Positions 51,366 through 60,182 of a DNA stretch of 64,000 nt are shown here, one piece after another. The position numbers and the translations under genes are program-made. The notes under the pieces are model-generated. The model did not search any database. It was not told the origin of the DNA and saw only the letters and a list, made by a program, of their open reading frames with translations. Source of the DNA: Candidatus Fermentibacterota bacterium (GTDB lineage: Bacteria; Fermentibacterota; Fermentibacteria; Fermentibacterales; JCC-6); NCBI GenBank assembly GCA_030609965.1, contig JAUWSQ010000001.1:105787-169786 (forward strand), read 5' to 3'. Position 1 is the stretch's first letter. The number at the start of each line of letters is the position of its first letter.

Positions 51366-53774
51366 GTGAGAATAATCACTGTTTTGCTTGTGCTGTTCAG
51401 TATGGCCATGGCGGAATGGGTCGACTTCGGCACTTCCGACCTGGATCATGCCAGCCTGGAAGTGGTGGAGTGTACCGCCTCCGGTTTTGTAGTGGATATC
51501 ATCCTTCCAGGATTCGGGAACAATTCCTTTTCCGAGGATGGATTGATATTCAACGCCATCAGTGTAGCCTCCCTTACACCGTACGCTGAAGCGGAGGGAG
51601 CTCCAATGCTTCCAAAGGCATCCTTCATGGCTGCAATTCCGAATAATCCCAATGTCTCCATAAGCGTGGAGGCACTTGAAACACCCATCGTTATAAGGAA
51701 CATCACTCCTTCACCCATGCAGCCGATCCCGATTGAAAGCTCATACGATCCGGTCCCCTTCACTTACCTGCCGGAAGCCTACAGTCATGGATCGTATCCT
51801 GCTTCGGAAGCTGTATTCGAGAATTCAGGAACCATTCGCGGAGTGAATATCGGCAGGTTCACAGTGATTCCTTTCCATTGGGATGCACAAACAGGTGATC
51901 TTACCGTCACCCCCAAGCTACGTGTAACTGTGGATCTGGGCGGAAGTGTAAGTATCGATCCAAGGCTTCGGAGCAGGTTCTTCACGAACACTTACAGAAC
52001 CCTTATCAATGCAGAAATACTCGGTGAACCCGAAAGAACAATAAGCTCAGAAACCAGTGAGCCAATAAGGGCCACCAATATCAGACAGGCAAGGGAAATC
52101 ACCGAGGCAGATCTGCTGATAATTGCCGGTGATGACTTTGTCGATACCATGATGGATGCTTTCATTGATGCGAAAATGGATCAGGGTTACCTCACTGCGA
52201 TAGTTGCCGCTGGCAGCTGGACCCAGACGGAGATCAAGGACTACATACAGAATGCCTACGATAACTGGGTTATACCTCCAAGTTTCATTCTTTTCGTTGG
52301 AGATCAGGAGGATCTTACCAGTTTCAGCGCCCCGGGCATGTACAGCGACAATCGCTACGTCTGCATGGATGGGCCCAGTGATTATCAGGCCGACATCTTC
52401 AACGCTAGATTCGTAACTCCCACAAGCCACTACCCCATTGTGGAGGAGAAAATTCTCAAATGGGAATACGACCCTCTGATGGACACGGATTTCTGGGGAA
52501 ACGTTCTCTGTGCAGGAATGCTCCAGGCACTTGGTGGTACAGTTGCAGACCGCTGGTTCTGCTTCACCTGTGAAACGGTCCGCGACACTTACATGAACAT
52601 CTACGGAAAGACCGTTCAGAGGGAATACACCAAGGACACTTCGGCTCCACCTCCTTATTACTACAGAAACGACCTTCCCAGCGCAGGGCAGGAGATTCCC
52701 AGTGATATTGTCTGGGACGGTAATGCTGCAGGTATTCTTGAAAGTGTGAATGATGGAGTTTTCCTGGTTCAGCACCGAGACCATGGCGGCGTTTCAGGCT
52801 GGGGAGACCCTGCTTTCTATATATCGGACCTCGCAGGCTTAACGAACGGTGAGAAAACTCCAATGGTGATGAGCGTCAACTGCCTTACAGGAAAATTCAG
52901 CCTTGACTGTTTTGCTGAAAACCTGTTCAGAATGGAGGGCGGGGCGGTCGGTGTCCTTGCAGCAACTGAAGTCAGCTACAGCTATTGGAATGATTACGTC
53001 TGTTACGGTCTTTACAAATCCTTCAACGATGAGTACACGAGCCCCCCTGCGCTGTACACTGATCCCACTGGTAATTACCTTACCGGCCAGGCTCTTATGT
53101 GCGCTAAAATTGAAATGGAAACATCCGCACCATTTTGCCCGTATCCAACTAACAGGGCAGAAACCGAGTGGGATCTTTTCCACTGGTTCGGCGACCCGAC
53201 AATGGATATGAGAACCGATGTTCCTCACAGTATAAATGTAACAGCTCCTGTAAATCTGCCTGTCGGTTCCACCCAGGCTATTTTCTCTGTGAGCGATCCC
53301 GAGGGTGTTGTAGATAACGCTCTTGTATGCATTACGCATGACAGTCTCTGGGCAAGCGGTGTCACCGACACAACAGGCAGCGTTACGCTTACTTTCGATC
53401 CCATCGGAGGCCTGACCGACATATGCTGGATGGTGACCGCTCATAATGCACTTCCAGAAGAGGGCGTTATTAACGGAATGGGAATCGAGGGTGATCCAGA
53501 GGGAACTTTAACATCCATTGTAGGATTACCTCATCCAAACCCGGCAAGCGGCAATGTTATCTTCCCGGTCACGCTCTCAACCGGAGGTCAGTTCGAGATG
53601 ACTATCTACGATACCGCCGGAAGAGCTGTTGAAATGATACATTCAGGGGAACTTGAAGCCGGCTCTCATTTCCTTATCTGGAATACGCAGGAAATGCCTC
53701 AGGGCATCTATATGATTCGATCCATCGACCCGACAGGCTCGATTACAACAAACAGACTTGTTGTGTGCAGATAA
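51366..53774 (+). CDS. Gingipain-like C25 cysteine peptidase with propeptide and T9SS-like C-terminal domain
   Basis: GTG 51366; LLIIAGD, RDHG (His), SVNCLTG (Cys), FHWFGDP, PHPNP..IYDTAGRAV..GIYMIR. Confidence 0.9.
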   Translation: MRIITVLLVLFSMAMAEWVDFGTSDLDHASLEVVECTASGFVVDIILPGFGNNSFSEDGLIFNAISVASLTPYAEAEGAPMLPKASFMAAIPNNPNVSISVEALETPIVIRNITPSPMQPIPIESSYDPVPFTYLPEAYSHGSYPASEAVFENSGTIRGVNIGRFTVIPFHWDAQTGDLTVTPKLRVTVDLGGSVSIDPRLRSRFFTNTYRTLINAEILGEPERTISSETSEPIRATNIRQAREITEADLLIIAGDDFVDTMMDAFIDAKMDQGYLTAIVAAGSWTQTEIKDYIQNAYDNWVIPPSFILFVGDQEDLTSFSAPGMYSDNRYVCMDGPSDYQADIFNARFVTPTSHYPIVEEKILKWEYDPLMDTDFWGNVLCAGMLQALGGTVADRWFCFTCETVRDTYMNIYGKTVQREYTKDTSAPPPYYYRNDLPSAGQEIPSDIVWDGNAAGILESVNDGVFLVQHRDHGGVSGWGDPAFYISDLAGLTNGEKTPMVMSVNCLTGKFSLDCFAENLFRMEGGAVGVLAATEVSYSYWNDYVCYGLYKSFNDEYTSPPALYTDPTGNYLTGQALMCAKIEMETSAPFCPYPTNRAETEWDLFHWFGDPTMDMRTDVPHSINVTAPVNLPVGSTQAIFSVSDPEGVVDNALVCITHDSLWASGVTDTTGSVTLTFDPIGGLTDICWMVTAHNALPEEGVINGMGIEGDPEGTLTSIVGLPHPNPASGNVIFPVTLSTGGQFEMTIYDTAGRAVEMIHSGELEAGSHFLIWNTQEMPQGIYMIRSIDPTGSITTNRLVVCR

Positions 53775-53790
53775 TCCCTGTTAGCTGAAT

Positions 53791-53818
53791 GAAAAGCGGA
53801 GCAAATGCTCCGCTTTTC
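53791..53818. terminator. Bidirectional terminator
   Basis: GAAAAGCGGAGCA-AA-TGCTCCGCTTTTC. Confidence 0.88.
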
Positions 53819-53836
53819 TGTAGCAGCAAAAAGACT

Positions 53837-54271
53837 TTACTGCTTTGTTAACACGAACGGGTTAGTTCCGAAACCAGAAGGCCCGACTGTGTCACCAAAA
53901 TCACTGAGAGCCAGAGTACAGGCAGTGGCTGTGGAGTTCAGCGCGTATATTCCAAGGGCTGTCAGTCCATTGTAGCTGCTGTCTGGGCTGGTGGCGCATA
54001 AAAGATCAATGTTTTTCGGAGTAGTTGTTGTATTCAATACGAAAGTACCTGTATAAGTACATGTTGTGTCCTGGTCAGACCAGTACTCCTCAAGAACTGT
54101 CCAGTTTGAACCTGAAAAGGTGAAGGATATTTGGAAAAGAGAATCGGAGTCGGACCAAGTACCTTCCAATTCAGTTCCCACTTGCCCAGGGCCTGTTGAA
54201 CTAGAACCGCAGCCCCAGAATGCGACTATTCCTGTAAGAACAGCCAGCATAATCAGCCATCTAAGTTTCAT
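53837..54271 (-). CDS. Small lipoprotein, TIGR03067-like
   Basis: RBS GGAGG, ATG 54271; AFWGC lipobox; LEGTW..TPKNIDL..LGIYAL. Confidence 0.7.
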   Translation of the reverse strand: MKLRWLIMLAVLTGIVAFWGCGSSSTGPGQVGTELEGTWSDSDSLFQISFTFSGSNWTVLEEYWSDQDTTCTYTGTFVLNTTTTPKNIDLLCATSPDSSYNGLTALGIYALNSTATACTLALSDFGDTVGPSGFGTNPFVLTKQ

Positions 54272-54454
54272 AGCAACCTCCTGTTCTGTTAATATTCTTC
54301 TCCGATTTCTGCCTGAAGTTGAGCATACTGCCCGAAACCCCCCCATGTCAACAAAACCAGCAGGGAATAAGCTCGGTCTGGTAAGATTAATATTGAGACT
54401 CAGCCTGGCTAGAAGAAAACAGTTGTACCCTCGCGCTACTCGTGCTTCCAGAAG

Positions 54455-55477
54455 TCAGGGGGGCTTTACAAACACGTCTCGTCTGCCGTCCTGCCACTGC
54501 TGGTACCGTTTAAATATGATCTCCATGATTCGCTCGCAGCTATGATCATCATCATATGCGACACAACAGTGCAGCAGTCTTAGCAGATCGTCCGTGGTTT
54601 CGTATCCGTCAAGGAACACCCCGATGTTATCGACATTCCCGAAGAACGTCCCGCATTGAAAGGCAGCAACATTCTTGAGTCGCCAACGAGGAGCCTCGAA
54701 GTTGTACCGCGCCTTGATGAATAAGACCGGCTTGTCCATGGAGATCGCAGTAATCATTGTGCTGGCAATGTCAGAAATGAATAAGTCGCAGGCGGTTATC
54801 AGCTCGAGCGCTCTCGAGCCGTCGAAGCAGCGGACACCCCGGTGAAACCGCGCATACGTCCTAAACCTGTTGACTGCCTTCTGCGCCTCTCGGTGGTCAC
54901 AGATGTTGAAGTGAAGGCAGAAAATGAACTCGCATGGTCCAATATCGTCGCGGATCTTCTCGTAGATAGGGATCGCCCGGCGCTGGTTGCCCCTGAACAG
55001 CTGGTTGGGAGCTGTCGGATAGAAAACGATCCAGGGAACCGCTGGATCGAGGCCGGTATCATTGACAATCTCCTGGCGCCTACGGGCCACATTGAAACGC
55101 TCGTGGAAGATGGTGTCCCATTTCGCGTATCCGCCGATGACAAAGCGTGGGTTGTTCCTGTCAACGCCGTTATTGTTCAGGATCAGTTTTCCGCTGATAA
55201 CGCACAGATCCGCGTCGACAAAGCTATAGGGAGTACCCTTCAGGCCCGTGAGATTGTGCGGCAACAGCACCTTGAATACCTGGGCCCGCTTCTCTCCGAG
55301 CTCTTCGAGTACCCTGGGGTCACAGGACACAACTACATCTCCTGGCGCGATGATCTCCGGTTGTAGCTCCTCGAACGCTACGTGGGGGATGTTGTTCGCC
55401 TGGCAGTACTCAACCATATACCCGAGATGATCCGATAATATTTTCGATTGGGATAGGTAAAACTGGAGCATCACCAC
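54455..55477 (-). CDS. CDP-glycerol glycerophosphotransferase (TagF)-like GT-B protein
   Basis: HNLTGLK, GYAKWD, FYPT, LH, ACDLFISDIASTMITAISMDKPV. Confidence 0.7.
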   Translation of the reverse strand: MVMLQFYLSQSKILSDHLGYMVEYCQANNIPHVAFEELQPEIIAPGDVVVSCDPRVLEELGEKRAQVFKVLLPHNLTGLKGTPYSFVDADLCVISGKLILNNNGVDRNNPRFVIGGYAKWDTIFHERFNVARRRQEIVNDTGLDPAVPWIVFYPTAPNQLFRGNQRRAIPIYEKIRDDIGPCEFIFCLHFNICDHREAQKAVNRFRTYARFHRGVRCFDGSRALELITACDLFISDIASTMITAISMDKPVLFIKARYNFEAPRWRLKNVAAFQCGTFFGNVDNIGVFLDGYETTDDLLRLLHCCVAYDDDHSCERIMEIIFKRYQQWQDGRRDVFVKPP

Positions 55478-56030
55478 CTCGTCAACGCAGCGAGCAAGCC
55501 GCCGACATTACCTCTGATTGAAACTGGATCGCTCTGGCCACGATCCTGATTACGGGGATTGGAATCATAGAGTAGTTTTCAAGGTCAAAGCGACCTGGAG
55601 CAAACTGAATCTTCATTATAAACCATTCAGCAAATCCCCCAAAACAACGTGTTCTTTCAAACAACCTCCGATTCCTACCTGAAACTCACAATACAACCTG
55701 ATAAAGCTGTAGTCAACCAATGTTGCCATCAATTGCGTCGGGATGTCATCCTGTCAGGATGTGTAATCCGCTCAGGATTCACACACCAGTTCCATAGGTT
55801 CAGGAGGTGACCTGGGATCTTCCCAGAGATCAAGGTGTTTTTGACTTAGTCAAGCTCCCCATGCAACCGGCAATGCTGGTGTCAGGATACACCTGATGGT
55901 TGAAGGCTGCTCTATGAAAGAGATGCCTTTGCAAGCGGGGCGGCATCATTTTCTCACCGCACTTCGGGTACTTCAGGGCATGGTTGTCGAATGCAACATA
56001 GAAGGTTATCTTGACAAAAATAATCAACTA

Positions 56031-56059
56031 TTGACCAATTTTGCTAATGTGTGTAAAAT
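56031..56059 (+). promoter_or_regulatory. Sigma70 promoter of the rSAM-peptide operon
   Basis: TTGACC-N17-TAAAAT, 59 nt upstream of ATG 56118. Confidence 0.65.
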
Positions 56060-56117
56060 ACGGTATAGGATTAGTGTGGTTTCTGATGATATCAAGACTA
56101 AAACCAGGAATAGGAAA

Positions 56118-57329
56118 ATGAGCAAAACGCGCTCAGAACCAAAACTTGAGTCTGTATCCACGATTGAAAAAACTCCTCGTAAGCGTAAAAAGATATTCTC
56201 AGTAGTTTTTATGCCTACATTGGCTTGTAATTGCAGATGCTCCCATTGTTTTGAGGAATTAGCCGAGGGGAATGCGGAAGATCACAACTGGGAACTTCAC
56301 TTCACTGAGATGCGCAGGCTGGCTGAGACGCTTAAATGCAATACGCTGAAAGTGTACTGGCAAGGCGGCGAGGTCCTTTGCTTGCATCCGGATACCGTCC
56401 AGTGCGCACTTGATATTGGGGCTGCAGTTTTTAAAGATAGTGATATTACTCTTGAACATCATCTACAAACGAACTTGCTCCTCTATGAAACGTCCAGATG
56501 GAAGGAAGTAATCTCCAATTTTTTCCTCGGCAGTATAAGCTCCTCTATTGATCTGCCGAATCTCTTCCGCCTCACGCCAACCCTGGGTGTGGATGAATAC
56601 AACCGGGCGTGGCTCAAGAAAAAAGATATGGCTGAAAGAGACGGGTTCACCGTCAGTGTAGTCAGCTTACCGAACCATAAAACCCTGGAACTTGGCGCCG
56701 AGCGCTTCTACCGATTCTTCCGGGATGAAGCACTGTTGAAAAACGTGCAGGTCAACTTCCCATTCCCTGGAAATAGCGGTTTGGAACCGCTGGATCTCAA
56801 AAAGCTGGCCGGATTTATGACCGATTTGTACAAGATATGGGTCGCATCAGGCAGAGACCTTAATCTGAGCCCGTTTAGGGCAATGGAAGACAGGCTGTTA
56901 CGAGGTAGAGGCGCGCTTCCCTGCTGCTGGACGTACAGCTGCGCTTCCATCCTTCTGTCGATCGGCCCGAACGGTGGTGTAGGCCAGTGTGATTGCTGGG
57001 TAGCCACTTATAGTGATCATAACTTCGGAACGACCGATCAGCCCGTTGAGCAGCTCTTGGATTCGGATCAGCGGCAGCCGTTTTTGAACAGACCCCTCAA
57101 ACTGATGCGGGATACCAAGTGTGGTGAGTGCAAGTTCTGGGGAATTTGTTTTGGTGGTTGTCCGATTCGCGCGTTTGCATTCACAGGCAACCTGATGGAT
57201 GTCGATCACTATTGCCCAGTTTATTATGAAATGTTCTCAATCATTCTGGATCAAGCAGAGCATGAAAGCCAGTTAGAGTATGAATTCAGTGAGGAGGTAG
57301 AATTCAGTTCGTCGGAGAAAGGTGGGTAG
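56118..57329 (+). CDS. Radical SAM/SPASM peptide maturase (anSME-like)
   Basis: PTLACNCRCSHC, WQGGEV, LQTNLL; SPASM CCWTYSC..GQC..CGECKFWGICFGGCP..YC. ATG 56118 preferred over 55896. Confidence 0.9.
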   Translation: MSKTRSEPKLESVSTIEKTPRKRKKIFSVVFMPTLACNCRCSHCFEELAEGNAEDHNWELHFTEMRRLAETLKCNTLKVYWQGGEVLCLHPDTVQCALDIGAAVFKDSDITLEHHLQTNLLLYETSRWKEVISNFFLGSISSSIDLPNLFRLTPTLGVDEYNRAWLKKKDMAERDGFTVSVVSLPNHKTLELGAERFYRFFRDEALLKNVQVNFPFPGNSGLEPLDLKKLAGFMTDLYKIWVASGRDLNLSPFRAMEDRLLRGRGALPCCWTYSCASILLSIGPNGGVGQCDCWVATYSDHNFGTTDQPVEQLLDSDQRQPFLNRPLKLMRDTKCGECKFWGICFGGCPIRAFAFTGNLMDVDHYCPVYYEMFSIILDQAEHESQLEYEFSEEVEFSSSEKGG

Positions 57330-57361
57330 TTTCTCATCAAGTATGAAGGGAGGAGAATGGT

Positions 57362-57802
57362 ATGACTCTGGAAAAGCAACCAGATGGAAGAAAAGAGAAG
57401 AAGAAAACAAAGAAAGAAGACGACAGCATTGACAGACGCGAAGCGCTGAAGAGAATTGGCCGGTACTCGGCCATCGTGGCCGCCGCGCTTACAACCGGCA
57501 TTCTCAAGACAGGCTGCGGGAGCAATCCTACCGCCCCATGGTCGGATGCGTACAGCGACTGGAACAACACCTACAGCGACTGGAATGACGGTTACAGCGA
57601 CTGGAATGACGGTTATAGCGACTGGAATGACGGTTATAGCGACTGGAGCAACGCCTGGTCCGACTATAGCGACTGGAGCAACACCTGGTCCGACTATAGC
57701 GACTGGAGCAACACCTGGTCCGACTATAGCGACTGGAGCAACTGGTCTGACTCTTATAGTGATTGGAATAATTTCTGGGGAAATTGGATGCAGTCGTGGT
57801 AG
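57362..57802 (+). CDS. Putative precursor peptide/lipoprotein with Trp/Tyr-Ser-Asp repeat core
   Basis: RBS GGAGG; DRREALK + hydrophobic stretch + KTGC; residues 60-146 contain 17 W, 9 Y, 1 F. Confidence 0.85.
   Translation: MTLEKQPDGRKEKKKTKKEDDSIDRREALKRIGRYSAIVAAALTTGILKTGCGSNPTAPWSDAYSDWNNTYSDWNDGYSDWNDGYSDWNDGYSDWSNAWSDYSDWSNTWSDYSDWSNTWSDYSDWSNWSDSYSDWNNFWGNWMQSW
57551..57772 (+). repeat. Coding tandem repeats: 4 x 21 nt, then 3 x 30 nt plus shortened copies
   Basis: TAYAGCGACTGGAA(TGACGGT/CAACACC) x4 (57551-634); TATAGCGACTGGAGCAAC(G/A)CCTGGTCCGAC x3 (57635-724); a 27-nt copy and a diverged copy follow. Confidence 0.95.
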
Positions 57803-57844
57803 GTTGTTAGCACTGTAACTCAAGACGCATAGTTTGCACATCAA

Positions 57845-59818
57845 TTGATGGGTAATATGAAGATAAATCAGAGATGTGCATATCCAGAAATACAAAGCGC
57901 ATCTGTATTAATCGTTGCACCGTACGGATATTTCTCTCTCGCAACAGGCTTCTTTCTTGAAACGCTTAAGGCCTGCCTTAAAGAAGTAAAGAATGTAAGA
58001 TTCCTGACCCGAAGTTACCCCAGGATACATACCGAGGTTGATATCTCCTTCGTCAGGGACATGTTGCTCCTTAAACCAAATGTTATCGGTTTCTCCAATT
58101 TCTTCTGGAATCTCGAACAGAACATAAAGCTTGCCCTGCTGGCAAAATCCCTCCTTCCAGATACATTTGTTATTTTCGGTGGACCCCAGGTTGGGGATAC
58201 CAGCTACGCAGCCGATCTCCTGGAGAAGCATAATTGTATCGATGCAATTCTCCGTGGTGAAGCTGATTTTACGTTTCCAGAACTGGTTCGTCAGATCTTT
58301 GCAGATGAAAAGATTGGTGGACTTGCCGGTCTCGTGCTTAGGGACAGGAACGGTATAAGTGCCGAACAGGGCCAGTGTTACGTTCAGGATATTAACACAC
58401 TCCCCATCGTCTTCCATTCTGAAAGCGAATATGCGGCTAAATATCTTAATGTAAACAACATTATTCCCCTGCAAACCTTGCGCGGTTGCCGCCAAACATG
58501 CTCTTACTGCCTTTATTGCACCAGTACGCCGCGGGTATTCTCCCTTGAACGCGTCGAGAAAGAGGTTGAATTCCTATGCCAACACGGCGCGCGATATGTG
58601 CGTGTATGTGACAGTCATTTTGGAGGGTCGAAGAAACGCGCTATGGATCTTTTTAATGTTATCCGGTACCATAACACTGAAACGATGTTCAGTATTTATC
58701 CTGATCCCCGACATCTCGACCTGGATTACATTCGAGCAGCCGGCAGTGCAAATTGCAGGATTATTTCACTTGGTGTTGAAGCATTGGACCCGGCCGTTTC
58801 ATCGGAAGTTAACCGTGACTCAACCGGCACCGAATTTCTGGATACCCTCCATCTCCTGAACGAGTACGGGGCTGTTCCGCAATTGGATATGATGTTCGGG
58901 CTGCCGAAGCAATCCGATCGGAGTTTTCAGAAGGATCTGATACATCTCAAGCTTGAAGGGGCGCGCAATATATTATTTTCCCCTCTGATGGTTTTCCCTG
59001 GAACCGAGTTGGACTCCACCATGAACGATAAAGGTATATCGACTCTGAGAATCCCCCAGCAGTATGGATATGATAAAACGCTCGGCTTGGGCGAGTATAC
59101 CGCAATGATTGTTACAAGTATATGCTACCGGCTTCTATACATGTTTCCGCGCATGGATTATTATGCTCGATTCATTAGTAGCGACAAGACGAAGTACAAA
59201 GAGAGGCTTGAAATATGGTTCTCCGAAGCAACCGCATCGAACCGGGCCGATCTGCTCACGCTGTATGATGAACTAGGTACGTGTTCGGAATATATAAGAG
59301 CAAATGCGGACTCACTTTCAGATAGGGCCAATAAGTTTTTCAGCAGTTTTCTACATGATCGGTACGATAAGCCTGAGTTTCTTGACGGAATAGCACACAT
59401 GGATATTATGGAAATAGCAATGAAACAGCGCAGAGATGAGTTGGCAAGGGATATATATCCTCATCCAGGTTCAGTAAGCGTTATTTCAGAAGGTGATTTT
59501 GCGAAGCTGGCATGGGTGCTCAGTAAAGATGCCTGGCTTGAAATCCATGCTGTGCCGTATCAGTTCGCATCAATGGGACGAGGTCATCCTTCCGGGAGAC
59601 CTTCTGACAAAGTCTATTGTATTTACTTCTGTCCAACTTGCAAGGTCTTTTATATTGACAAAAATGAGTTCGAATTTCTTCAACGTTTTACACAAGCAAA
59701 GCCACTGTCCGACAGCGAGATTGACTATTCGTCTGAATACATGCAGAAGGTTGGCAGGTGGGGGCGCATAGGAATCCTTGTGATTGACTCACCATCTCAT
59801 CAACCTGGCCTGGTTTAA
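57845..59818 (+). CDS. B12-dependent (class B) radical SAM enzyme
   Basis: PNVIGFSNFFWN..VIFGGPQV..GEAD B12 domain; TLRGCRQTCSYC; SLGVE; MFGLP; long C-terminal extension. Confidence 0.88.
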   Translation: MMGNMKINQRCAYPEIQSASVLIVAPYGYFSLATGFFLETLKACLKEVKNVRFLTRSYPRIHTEVDISFVRDMLLLKPNVIGFSNFFWNLEQNIKLALLAKSLLPDTFVIFGGPQVGDTSYAADLLEKHNCIDAILRGEADFTFPELVRQIFADEKIGGLAGLVLRDRNGISAEQGQCYVQDINTLPIVFHSESEYAAKYLNVNNIIPLQTLRGCRQTCSYCLYCTSTPRVFSLERVEKEVEFLCQHGARYVRVCDSHFGGSKKRAMDLFNVIRYHNTETMFSIYPDPRHLDLDYIRAAGSANCRIISLGVEALDPAVSSEVNRDSTGTEFLDTLHLLNEYGAVPQLDMMFGLPKQSDRSFQKDLIHLKLEGARNILFSPLMVFPGTELDSTMNDKGISTLRIPQQYGYDKTLGLGEYTAMIVTSICYRLLYMFPRMDYYARFISSDKTKYKERLEIWFSEATASNRADLLTLYDELGTCSEYIRANADSLSDRANKFFSSFLHDRYDKPEFLDGIAHMDIMEIAMKQRRDELARDIYPHPGSVSVISEGDFAKLAWVLSKDAWLEIHAVPYQFASMGRGHPSGRPSDKVYCIYFCPTCKVFYIDKNEFEFLQRFTQAKPLSDSEIDYSSEYMQKVGRWGRIGILVIDSPSHQPGLV

Positions 59819-59971
59819 TGACAATGAATACGGTTTGCATATTAGCTTCCTGAATTCATTCGAGAATTACTGAGTATTTTGCACCTGGGCGAGCCGACTA
59901 CGGGTGCAAATTTCGAAGAGTATCTTGCGAGATACAGGAAAGCTCTTTCCGGAATCGTGTTCAAAACGTAA
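59818..59971 (+). pseudogene. Collapsed remnant of a paralog of the first rSAM domain of the downstream gene
   Basis: MTMNTVCILAS* versus MKVNSVHVLIS; LGEPTTGANFEEYLA versus MGEPTLDPDFEEYLA; exact 19-nt match 59944-62 = 60943-61. Confidence 0.7.
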
Positions 59972-59989
59972 GCGCAGCTTTTAAACCTC

Positions 59990-60018
59990 TTGCCCGGGTT
60001 TTAAAAGAAAAATTATAA
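59990..60018 (+). promoter_or_regulatory. Internal sigma70 promoter
   Basis: TTGCCC-N17-TATAAT. Confidence 0.65.
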
Positions 60019-60182
60019 TACTACGCGTGATTTGAAATATTTAGGGGAAGGTAAACGGTTTTCTCGGTGTTCTCAACGATACGGAACACCGGGAGGAGGT
60101 ACTGGCGGTATCATCCTAACACATTCGGCAAACCCAACCCGAAGGGGAGGGGCATGCCGATATCAATTATTGAAGTGAAATA

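Noticed and set aside
55896-56117. N-terminal extension of the first rSAM/SPASM ORF
   Set aside because: It contains a good promoter, and an RBS precedes ATG 56118; no RRE-like features recognised.
57551-57772. CRISPR array
   Set aside because: Units are contiguous with no unique spacers, are multiples of 3, and lie in an ORF with an RBS; no cas genes.
55500-57845. Cobalamin riboswitch upstream of the B12-rSAM genes
   Set aside because: No B12-box-like sequence recognised here or upstream of the 42563-44047 gene.
57251-57895. Alternative repeat ORFs (57251-57895 minus; 57456-57818 plus)
   Set aside because: Shadow frames kept open by the repeat; they overlap neighbouring genes and lack an RBS or leader.
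59851-59853. TGA as selenocysteine in a ~120-codon read-through frame
   Set aside because: No SECIS-like hairpin or redox motif, and the rSAM homology continues in a different frame.
60120-60165. c-di-GMP-I riboswitch as a called feature
   Set aside because: Only GGCAAACC and a GAAG loop match; GACGCAAAGC and P1 are absent. Kept only as a hypothesis.
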